DNA of 64,000 nt from Podospora anserina (lineage: Eukaryota), in the NCBI GenBank assembly GCA_017654855.1, contig CM030332.1:6324001-6388000 (forward strand), given 5' to 3'. A model generated the notes under the pieces. That model searched no databases. It saw nothing but the letters and a program-made list of their open reading frames with translations, and was not told the DNA's origin. Position numbers and translations under genes: made by a program. Positions 12,774 through 24,186 of this stretch are shown piece after piece (position 1 is the stretch's first letter; every line of letters begins with the position of its first letter).

Positions 12774-14850
12774 TTACTGCAGAATTCCCTGCCACATCCC
12801 TGGACCTCCTGGTCCTCCGACTGCTGGGTGAAGCGAAGAGATCATGTACGGCTGAGCCGCCTCGGTTGAGCAGCAGACTCTCTTGTGACTTCCTCGAACC
12901 ATCGACTCGGGCCAGGCACCGGCGTTGGTCGAGTCCATTGAAAGGTATCCACGCACACTCTCCTGCAGCTGGGCATTGTCCATTGAAAAGGTCCGGCTTC
13001 GCTTGGTTCCGATTCTGACCGGAGCTGACGAAGAATCGACCGCTTGACGCTGCAACTCTTGAAGGGCCATGGCCGCATCATTCATCTCACGCTGCCTGCA
13101 CGCATATTGAGCATCCAGCGTGCCATCGTAAAAGTCCTTACCCGCCGGGCCGGTGTAAGACTCTGGCGACGCTGTCAGACAATGACCCTCCTCATAGACT
13201 TCGGGAACCGAAGCGATGGTGGGCTTCAGGCTCATCCTCTCACTGAACGACCTTCCATACCGGCATCGCGCCTGAGCATCCAATTTGGCTGACGGCGCGT
13301 TAACCGAAGAAAGAGACGAGATCGAAGAAGAGCGAGAAAGACGAGAAGAATCCGATACCATTGACTCGGGCGAGGAGGCGGTCGAGACCGAGTTGGCAAG
13401 AGATGACCTGCGGGGAAGGTGGTTCATGGGAGACGAGGTGACAGCGGGGGGCCACCGATCCAAGGTCTGAGCAACAGACGTGGAGGAGGCTTGGGCCATG
13501 GCGAAACCCATTGATGAACTTCTTCCAAGAATTTGGGAAGCAGCACTCACAGCAGGAGTGCTGAATCCACGAGTTTGGGGAGTGATGCGTGGTGTAGGCA
13601 ACAGGCCTAATGCAGGCGCAAAGCGGCCAGGAACGTATGCCGAAGGAGGACTTGGCTCCATAACGACTGGTGCCAAACGTGGCTTGAGAACCGCATCCAG
13701 ATCGCCCCAAGGATTGGCACTCTCAGGGGAGCTGCAGATGGCCTGAATAGATACCTCCCGAGTGGCCCGCAGCCAAGGAGCCAACTCTTCCAAGTTATCG
13801 AGCGAGGGCGTCAGGTTGAGAATAAGCCGTTGAAACTGTTCGCACTGCTGTTCGTAAACGCGCTGTGCTGAGGGGCTGGGAGGCGAAGGAGGCTGGGGTG
13901 TGAACTTGAGAACTGATTCAGACCACTTCTTGTAGGTTTCCTCTGTGATGTGCAGGTTCCAGTTCACAGCCAATATGAATGCCATCTCGTTTTGGTTGAT
14001 CTCGGATGTTTTGAGTCCAGAGATTCTGCTCCAGGCACGGGCCGAGTAGTTGCGATCTTGCAGATACTTGGACGCCAAGATGAGAGCTGCGAGGAACATG
14101 CGGCGACCACATTGGAGGGCCTGGCATTCTCGGTTGCTGTCGGGCTGTTCCATGGTGAAATCATGGCTCGGAACGTGAGGTCTAATCAGGACAAGGTAGT
14201 ACAAGGCAACTTGAAGGGTCGAGTAGCTGGTGCGGGACCGGCGCAAAGTTTCTTGAATGAAACTGCGCAGCGGGAGCACAGCACTGCTGCCCACCTCTTT
14301 GCAAGCTGGCGATGACGTAGGCCAGATGGCTTCGACCATGTGGGTCGAAGTGTCTAGAACAACATTGTTGAGCATATATCCGTTACATGAGGCAAGCGCA
14401 TTCCTTACCGACGAGGTTGTCAACGAAATTGACCTTCCGGTCAGCCTGGCGCACGAGCGCAGGGGGACGCCCAGTCCTTGAAGTCGCAGAGTTGGAGGTT
14501 CGGCGGGGGTTCTGGCGCAATGGCGCGCATGATTCGGGCTGAGAATACTGTTCATGTTGCTGGCGGACCCAGGGATCGCAGCTCTTGATGACTGGCTCGC
14601 AGTAGCTTCCAAAGGAGCTTACTGAGCTCTGAGAAGATGTGGGCGCAATAGAAAAGCAGGATTCGCTGAATTCGGAGTCGGAAGAGGGTCCGTTGGAGGT
14701 ATTGTCGTCCGAGTGCTGGGAGGATGCGTCGGACCAGATCGAGGTGGTAGAAGCGGATGCCAACGCGGCTAAGGGTTGGTTGTAAGTGGCATTGTGGAGG
14801 GAGGTAAGGGGGTTGATAAATGCGGGGGACAAGTATGTGTCGAGCTTCAT
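12774..14850 (-). CDS. Pho85-type cyclin (Pcl5/Clg1/Pas1-like); exons 14850-14409, 14353-12774
   Basis: Cyclin box LPLRSFIQETLRRSRTSYSTLQVALYYL..CGRRMFLAALILASKYLQDRNYSARAWSRISGL. Intron 14408-14354 (GTAAGG..TAG) joins FVDNLV-D-TSTHMVEAIW. Confidence 0.88.
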
Positions 14851-17800
14851 CTTGGGTTATGGTGGGTGGAAGTGCTTCCAACAACCTCCAGTCGCCGTCA
14901 CGCCGTGATTACCGATTAAACCAGTGTGCTGAACAGATCGTGAAATTAACGAGATGCAAGTCCTGCAGCAAATCTTGAAGATTGCTGCCAAACTTTGAAT
15001 GTCGAAATGGACAGAAGACTCCTAAAACAGGGTGCTAAAGAGAGCCAACTTTTCACGAACGAGCAGACCGGTAGACGGGACGGAGACGGCGACTGGAGTA
15101 GAGTTATTTTTCGCAAGAGGCATCGTGTGTGTGTCCCTTCGCTTTGTTGGAGCGGAAGAGCGGTGGTTGAGGCTATATGGCAGCTAGTTGCGTACCATAA
15201 GGGGCGGGAGGCGAGGTGTTGTTGATGGTGGTTGGTGTAAGGGTGCAATCGTGTGGATGGCTAACAGCGGGTCGAGACTCGACGATCGGATTCGCAGTAG
15301 CTGAAGATGCAGGCGTGGTGGACTAGGTGGTCCTTGACAGTGGCAGGCTATGCAGGTACCGATCGGCTGTCTCTCTCCAACTGCGGTGTGGCTGCGAGGC
15401 CGACGGACTCTTTAAAGTGAGAGTATGGTGATGGCGACGGCCTGAGGAGAGCGGCAATGTGACTCTATGAAGCGCGTGTCTTCTGGGGCGACCTAAGATA
15501 AGCTGCTGGCTACGGGTGGCCCCCCTGGTCTGGATGACTCTTCCCGTTAGATTCAGAGTGGCGAAGGCCTAACCGACTGTTGCCGCTAGGTGAAAACAGG
15601 TGGCCCCAACTGGCAGTGTGCCCCCTGTGGTTTGTGTGGTGTGACCTGGCGCTCAGCAACGGAAGCCTGAAAACGGGTCTTTCAGAAGGGCTGTGGCGAC
15701 TTGGTAGTCACCGGGCTGGTTAAGTTGCCTGTGCAGCTCAAAAGGGGGAAAAAATGAGTGGTTAGGTAGCGTTCTCGCGAAGCTCCCTCTTTTTCTCGCC
15801 TTTGTTCGACAGGCGGCGGATTCCTTGTTCTTTTTTTGACGGGATGGTGTGGTGTATACGGTATTGGAGAAACACAGAGCCAGCGGGGTGAGTGTGTGAC
15901 GGTTGCTGGCTGTTGTTGATGAGAGCGGCGCAGAGGCTGACTCTGCGGGCTGCTGGAGAAGAAAGATGATGAACTCGGTGGAGGAATGTCTGTTGGTCCT
16001 ATTTTCCTTTGTCGCAGAGTGCAAGCGAATGCCGCGCGAACAAGAGAAAACGTTGCTAGACAAACAGGCAGGCAATCAGGAGAACGGAAAGATACTAGAG
16101 AGTAGAGATGTAACAAATTAAATTAAGAGTAGTGAGGAGAGATGGTCCGTCCAGATCTCACAAGCAGACTGCCAAAGAGTCGCTTCTTCCTAGATCTTGA
16201 AATTGAGCATGATGGCTGCTCGATGGGGAAGAGAAGAGAAGGGAGCGTTTTGGCCTGGCTCCTGGGTGCCGAGTAGTTTTGAATGGGGACTCCCTGGGGT
16301 CACTGGGAGATGCCCACAAGTGCCAACGAATTGCCAAACCAGCCCGTCGCATGCACAAGACAACCTTGCTCCCCACTTTGTTATGCACGCTCCACCCCTT
16401 CACCAACCCCACCCTTCGAATGTTCCCACCTTTTCCATCGACAGCCTGCACGAGCCACTTTGTTCTTCACTCATTCATGGACAGAACTTCCTTTCACGAC
16501 GCATTCGCACTTTGTCCCCCCTCCTTTCTGGCTGCAGCAAGACGGCAAGCACAATTTGCCAACATCGGTGGCTGTTCCTATGCCCCGTCATCCCCTCCTC
16601 TCGCCTTCCCTCGCCACCATCCTCAGCACATTCAAACACGGAGGAATAATAAACTATGATATACCCTATCTTATCGCCTAGCGCCATAGCTTACTTCCAT
16701 TCTCGTGCAGCCAGGCCAACCTAGAGGTCATCATCGCGAGGACTCGAGTGTCCATCATCAGTTCCTAAATCCAATCCCTCGCCCCTCCTCCCTCTTCACA
16801 AGGCCACCAACTCTCTGCGAGACACTCTTGCAGTTTCAACTCGCCCGTAGGAGGGATGAGATGGCATCGCCCATCTCCTGATTGGCTATGTTACTGCATG
16901 GCAGAAGGGGGCGGGAAATCTGGGTTGCAGGAGCGTGGCCAGTTCATCCATCCAAGTTGCTCACAAAGCAGATTACCCCTGTCTAGCGCGTGGACTGTTC
17001 TCAAAACAGCTAGCCCGCAACCAAAGGCGCAGGATGCATCATCACTCATCAGCACGGTGTTGATCCTGCCACACAGTCATCATTTCTTTCATTTCTCACC
17101 CTCCGCCTTCATCAAGCTCTTGATCGAGGCAACAACCTCACATCAATGAAGCTTGTGGCATGAGAATAACATCGCGATGGTGACATCTTACAACGTGGAT
17201 TGGAAATGCTCGGGGCTTTGGTTGATTCACCGCAGTGGAGGGAGTGACCGAGCGGCCTCATGAGTGATGAGTGAGGGAGTCTTGGCTGCGAAACATCGTC
17301 GACTCACTTTCACAGCTGAGTTCGGAGTGTTGCACAGCTGACAAGGGTTGGTCGGAACGGCAGTCTCGAACACCACCAAGTCTTTCGCGACCACCGAGAG
17401 GTGTGTCAGTGAATGCAACACCCCTCCTTCATGGAGATTCAAATGATGCCCAATATGGGTGAGAAGAGAGGCATCTGTTTTATGATTTGGATGTTCATAA
17501 ATCATTCTCCAAGAGACGTAAACCTGGCATTGCGGTCAGTCATGATTTGGGCCCGCATTTCCTACCATCGACTCGGAAAACTGGATGGTCGGCGACCGGC
17601 AATAGACAGAGTCCGTTTCTCGTTGGCCCAGTGCACGCTACGGAGAAACCCTCCAAGGCAGTGACGCATGTTCATTGATCGCTCGCACTCACAGCCGCGT
17701 CCCTCCCCATCAGTTCAGTGTCCCTAAATTTATCTTTGACCAGGCATTTACACAGCCAAACTCCATATCCCGTTAGTAACCTACCCAGCAATCATCTAGG

Positions 17801-20800
17801 TCCATGATCACATCACAAGTCTAGCCTGTTCTCAAGATTGCTTGAACACTTGCAGCTTATCTGCTACAGTTGCGCAATCGTATCGGTGCTCTCCCGTCCC
17901 GTCACTACCGGCGCCCAGACCTTCTAGAATGAAGTCGCTCCACCATGCTACCACCAGGGCATCTCCGGGAGGTCTGGAGACCGTTTCATGCCTCCGGACA
18001 GGAATGAAATCTCCAGATATTCAGAAGCCTCGATACGACTTCCCAAGTATGACTCTCTCGGGTCTTGATACAAATGTTTGTCGATCATGTGTTGAGTCCA
18101 AAAATGGCCATGTCCTGGGTTCCCCGCAAAAGGCTGTGCTCGGGAGTCTCAAGCCCCATCAATGCCCCCTCTCACAGCCAGTCGGGGTACTATGTACATG
18201 GTCAACCACTTTTTGCAACCAAGAAACAAGAATATCGTCTTGTCTGGACGAACGAATGCCACCGCTACCTTGGAGAGTTATGGGCTTCATGATGGCTTCG
18301 TTCATCGTGGGTTGCGCAAGTCGGCCGTGTCCACTTGCACAGTGGCCACTGGCTGTTGAAGGTGTTGGCTCCCTTTGCCAACCTCAAGATCTGCCTCTCA
18401 TTCGTCGCCATATATCGCCATATAACTCATAGCTGTACCAAGTGATGCAGTGCTGTCCTGCACACATCACCAAACCCCCACCGAGACACTCGATGGCCAG
18501 ACGACCCAGCTCCTTCGACGACGCCTATCTGCCTTCCATCCGGCGCTGTGTTGGCACAGTTCGCATGGATGGCTGGCCTGGGCGCGTAACACAACCCTCA
18601 AAGTTTTTCTTTCTATCAGGCCTGACCGCAAGATTTGGCCTTGTCGCACCTCAACCGTTGCCCAATCACAGTGGGAACTAACTTCACCCCGCCCCTCAAG
18701 GCTGTCACCATGACACCAAAAGAGAGTCGTGAAAGTGGCTCGCCATGAGACGCCCGTTCTTGATGCAGAGCAACCCAACGTCCAAGCACTCCACTGCCAG
18801 TGCCTTCTCGCAAGGCAGAAGGACCAGGGGGAATCATCACAAGTGTTGCTTTTTCGCACTTCACGCCGTTCTCGGCCATTCGCTTGTTGCGTACGCTGAT
18901 CACGCCTTCGGCAAGTTTTATCTTTGCTTTAGTTAATGACCGGTTCTCAAGAGGTCGAGACGAGCTGGAAACCTCTGGTTTAGCCCCGCCCAGACTTTCC
19001 TCCACCATGACTCAACTCCAAAGATCACAACTTCCTTACCAAAAGTCAACACATGACCCGCGATATCGGATCTTTTGTCTCGGTCCCTGCCAACACTAGA
19101 GGGCTGATGCGATAATACACTATGGAATCACCGGCACCAGCCGTTCATGTGTATGGAGATCCAACATCTCGGTCGCCGATAGGATGAATTGCTCTCGGCG
19201 ATATCATGGAAATCGCGTTGTCGTCAGCTGTTAAGCATCTCACGGGATCAAACCCGCTGCAGAATTCACATGCTGCTGCTGTTCCCGTCTCCGTGCGGCG
19301 GGTTTCTTACCGCGCGGCCCAGCGGCTGAGTGTCTTGTGTGATACCCGGTTGGGGGCGCTTGTGAGGCGGTCACAGCTAGCAGATCAGTCTTGTAGGTTG
19401 CTGATCTCGAAATCATTCCACATTTGCACATATTGCCATACCTACTCTTACGAGAGCCTTCCCCTGTAGGTTGCCTGGACAATAACCACCCGGTAACAAT
19501 CTAGAGATATTGTCGCGGGCGGCGCCGGGCTAAGTTTACCTGCTTCGGGTGCCTCGAATAACCGCCAAGGCTCAGATCCGACTTGCTCATCATCGTGATG
19601 CTCCACACCAACCGGGCTCTCTGGAAACACCATGATGGCCAAAGAAGCCTTTCCAAGGCGAAAGACGGGAGAGATCTAAGCTGAAGCTGAAGGGGGGGCT
19701 CCGCAACAATTATTGACTCGGCTGGCCTCGTCCGGCGACAAGAGTCACCACCTGCAAGACTGATCATCCCCTCGACCAAGACCTTCTATTCAGCTCTTTG
19801 CCCGGTACTTGGCTTGTCTTTGACAAGCCAATAACACTGCTCGGATTTCCCGAGGCCGGAGAGCAGCATCGTGAATGGGAGGGAGCTAAAAGATGGTGGT
19901 GAGTGGTAATTCAAAAGGTTTGAGTCAGCCACCGACCACGGAGACCGTGAGATGATGATGATATGGAATATTGCTCTTGGCTTTCCACAGGGTCCTCCTC
20001 CTCCTGCTCCTCCTGCTCCTCCTCGGCTTCGTCATAAATTTGAGGCTGAGTCTTTGTCAAACAAGTTATTGGGGAAAAACCCTTCCCAGTCTGGTGTTGT
20101 TGCTGTGTGGTTTGCTTGGGAAAATTGATGCCCCACATTTATCTCGGTGGTTCGGAACCTGTCATCGTTCATTCGCTCTCTCTCGGCCGAAGGATGACGA
20201 TCGCGGGGACGGGGATGGGTGAGGGACCCGGTGAACTACCGACCAGCTTTCACATCCACCATCAAGTTTCAAAAAAATAAAAAAATAAATAAAAAAGGCT
20301 TGCATTGCGGACTCCCCGATCGCGCTTTGTCTTGCCGAGGGAAATAGTACAATTCAAAAGGACACTGCCGCCTATTTTGGATGGAGGTTGGAGGAAAGAG
20401 AGCATGAGATGCGGTTCATCAAACAGGCACAGGCAACAAAAGTGTGGGGCCAAGGCAGCAGTGGGATTTGGGGGTTGGTTCCACTTTTGACCTCGTTCGT
20501 ACTGCAGAGCAACACCAGTTATGACCAGAAACTCCGTCGGGAAGATCGGGACAGGTTCAACTATGGGATCTCGGATGTGAGGCTGTTGTCTTGGTTGTAT
20601 GGGTAGCCAACGTGACAACTGGCCTCGACGAAGACCATGATGAACTACACACATGAGAAATAGGGCTGGAAACCGGAACCAAACTGGGAGGCGAATCACA
20701 GATAGGGGATTAGATATTACGAACTTGAGCCATCGGAGATTTGAGTCGAAGGGGAAGGTAGGTGATCATTTAGCAGCAGTTGTGGTACAAGCTAAGTGAG

Positions 20801-23800
20801 GCAACGCAAAAGGGCAGGTGAGCTACACACCATTACGGGCTTGGTCATCCAACCATCCTTCACGAAAAATCAGCAGTGGATTTTGCCCACATTTGCCCTT
20901 GAGCGTAGGATACGAAGAATGTGGCGGTTGAGAGCCTGTCATTCTCGCTCAATCTTTTAACCTTGATCCCTACCTACTTGGTTTCTGAGGGGATGGGTAT
21001 CTCATGTGATTTCAAGCTTTGAAACTCTCACGAGGGGCGCCGAGGGGGCGTTGAGTATGAGGATGGGAGGGGAAGGAAGGTAAGCCGAAACTTACCGGAG
21101 CTGCTGTTGGTGGAATTCTGGCCCGATCGATCGGAAAGCTCTTATTTTCTGGGTTTGGAAAGTGCGAGAGTTTGAACGCGGCGCAGTTGGCTTACGACAA
21201 TAGTGAGTGAAATTTCGAAGGTGAGGTGAGGGGGGTTAAGGTGAGGTGGGGGAATGGGCTTGCCGTGATTTGCCTCCGTCACTAGAGTGAAGTCACTTGT
21301 TCACTTCATTCATCACAGCTAGCTTATTGCCACATCGGAACCTTGCTTGTGATGTGGGATCTTGCCATTCGCGGCGTTGTGCACGTATCTGACCATGAAG
21401 GACACGATAGTCACACAGAGGACACATTGACCTGGGGTCAAGCTCGCATACGAGCTCGCATCTGATCGAGCCTTGCTGATGATGATAGCGGGAAGTTGTG
21501 AGGATTTCACTTTACACATGAGCAAGAGCCTCATTCGGTGCGGGCTATTTACTTCGTCACAGTCATACAGGTGGCCAGTCACTCGCTCGTGCATAGTTTT
21601 TCGTTCACTCAGTCATACAATCTGCCTTCATTCTGTGGCCATCATGTGTAGGCCTTTTGATCTGGCTTCACTTTCATTTCCCCCATATCTCAACTGCCAG
21701 GCATGATAATCACGCTCGAGATATGAGATGACAAGCAGGCAGACAGGCAACAAGGTGAGGCAAGGTGAAGCAAGCTCACCATGAGGCCTCACACAAAACC
21801 AGTCACATACCTCATGACGTTTTCAACAGCCTGCCTCAACCCGAGTACGATCACCCTCACACAGACTGCCTCACCTGCCTTGCCCGTCTTCCCGCTCTGT
21901 GTCCTCCACAACAAACATGCCGGTCGTTCACAACCCCAGCCCTGTGATAATCAACAGGTTACATACCTCTGGCCCCCTACATTGCCCTAGATCGTAGAAA
22001 CAGCTCGGCAAACATTCTTTACCTATTGGCTCCCGGTGGAATGACAGCACTCGACCAAGAAGTGATACCCATATCACCTCACACAAACTACCCAATGATA
22101 TGGTATGGTATCATGGTGCCACAAACAAACAAACAAACACTCTTTCCATTCGGCAAGAGTGTTATGTATGAGGAGGTCGTAGACAGATCGGCCGCCTTGC
22201 CGCTGCTGAGCCGTGGTGGAAACATGGGGGAGGCCATGTTCGTGACCCATACACACTTTACAAGCCGGCAAAGGTAGGGTCAGAGAGGCCAACCATGGGG
22301 GCCAAGGCTCGTCATTTAGATGGAAATGAGTGTGCTTTGTTGACCGTCAGTCTGAAGGCCATGTATGATGATGTGGTCATCATAAGGCTTTGCCAACAAG
22401 ACACATAGGCACGTAAGAGGGGTAGATTACTGCACTCTGATGAGAACAAGCCCGTGTTTGGATAAGTATCTAATATTGGAACTCAGAGCTTGTGAGGATG
22501 ATTCGGTGAAGCTCTGCTAGGGTGGAAACAAATCATGATGATTATGCCAGGTACCTTAGGTAGCTATGAATCATACCTGCCTCACTCACCCACATCCTCA
22601 CTTTGTAAGGGGTAGCTACCGGCAGGTGATCCCACAACTAGAATAAACATGTTATCAACCAAAGTACCTTGTGGCTGCTTAAAGTCATCGTGGATATGTT
22701 TACTCACTCATGCTTGATCTCCATGTTCTGCTTCCTTGCCCAAGTCATGAACGAGCAGCTATCATCATCAATCCGATGACCAAGAGTTTGATACTCAGGG
22801 TAAGTTCGGTCCATCGTAATAAACTTGCATGACATCCACACTTCAATGGAGGTGCACCAGACCCCAAAAGAAGTACACCGTTCTTGCTCGCCGTGACCAG
22901 CCAAGTAATGATCTCGTGCATATGCCCCCCTCACAAGGAACCGAAAGGGGTAGACCGACTCTCATTCTATCCGGCCAGCCAAAAGTGGAAAGATGCCTAA
23001 TGCAATGTTACAGATCATCACCCCCCAGACTTGAAACTGCAATAGTGACATTGTTTCGGGACAGTCTTCTCAACACGACATAATCCACAAAGTATACACC
23101 TAGTTACTCGACAATATTCCCCCCTGACCACGACACCTACCTTACCAGCCCAGAGTCATACCCCCCTATTAGTCTCTGCCAATTCACCAGCAACATGTAG
23201 ATACATCAAGGAGGGGTATCCGGCAAGTCATAACCCGCGAGCCCATACCTAGGTGCTCGAAATAGCTCCCCACGATCAGATACCTACCTACCAAGGTAAG
23301 ATGGAGACAAACACAAGCCCCCGGATGAGTCAAGCCTGTGTGGTCACAAACATTCGCCATCATCACAGTTACTCATGCTTGTATGACGCATACGGCGTAA
23401 TAAAAAAACACCTACCTATCGCGATTGAAAGTCGTGATCATTATTCACAAGACTTATCACTCCCAGCTGACTGCTGTTGGGTTGTTGGGCACCGACGGCG
23501 AGACTTGCTCCTTAATCACGAAAGCTTCAGGCAAAAAGTAGAGTCAAAACAACAATACAAGACGGGGGCGGGGGGGGGGGGACTTGACTTACGATTGACG
23601 ATGAATCATCCTGACAAGGAGTTACAATTGGGCAGCTCAAGGCCAACAAACACCAACCGTCATACCACATGGAGAAAATCTAGGACGGTGTCAGAACTCT
23701 AGTCGCCAACAATGTAACAATCATTGCCAGATAGGAGAACAGAACATATCCATTGAGCAAGGTAACTAACTACCGAGGATGTATACGAGCCTCCCAACCC

Positions 23801-24186
23801 AAACCAGTTCGGCCACCCCAAGACGAAACGCATCCCACCACCCCTTTACTTGAGACAAAGCGATATAATGCAGTGTTCCAATAACAACCAGTGGCGATGT
23901 GTCTCCCCTCATGCAGCAATTGATGTTGACACCAACTCAGCATGAGCACCAGCAAGAGAGAAGCTGTTTCTGAAAGCATGGCGATAATCAATGGTCTGGT
24001 ACTAATCATACAAAACTAAACCACCTATTGGGCACTTGCTGCATATATTCTGCCACTTTTGATGCTTTTCCCTTTGCAACCATATCCGCCGTTTCAGAAA
24101 AAAAAAGAGGAAAAAGCAATCGCCAAACTAATTAAAAGTGAGAAGTGGTATGCCAGGGCCAAGCTCAACAAACACCAACAACTCAT

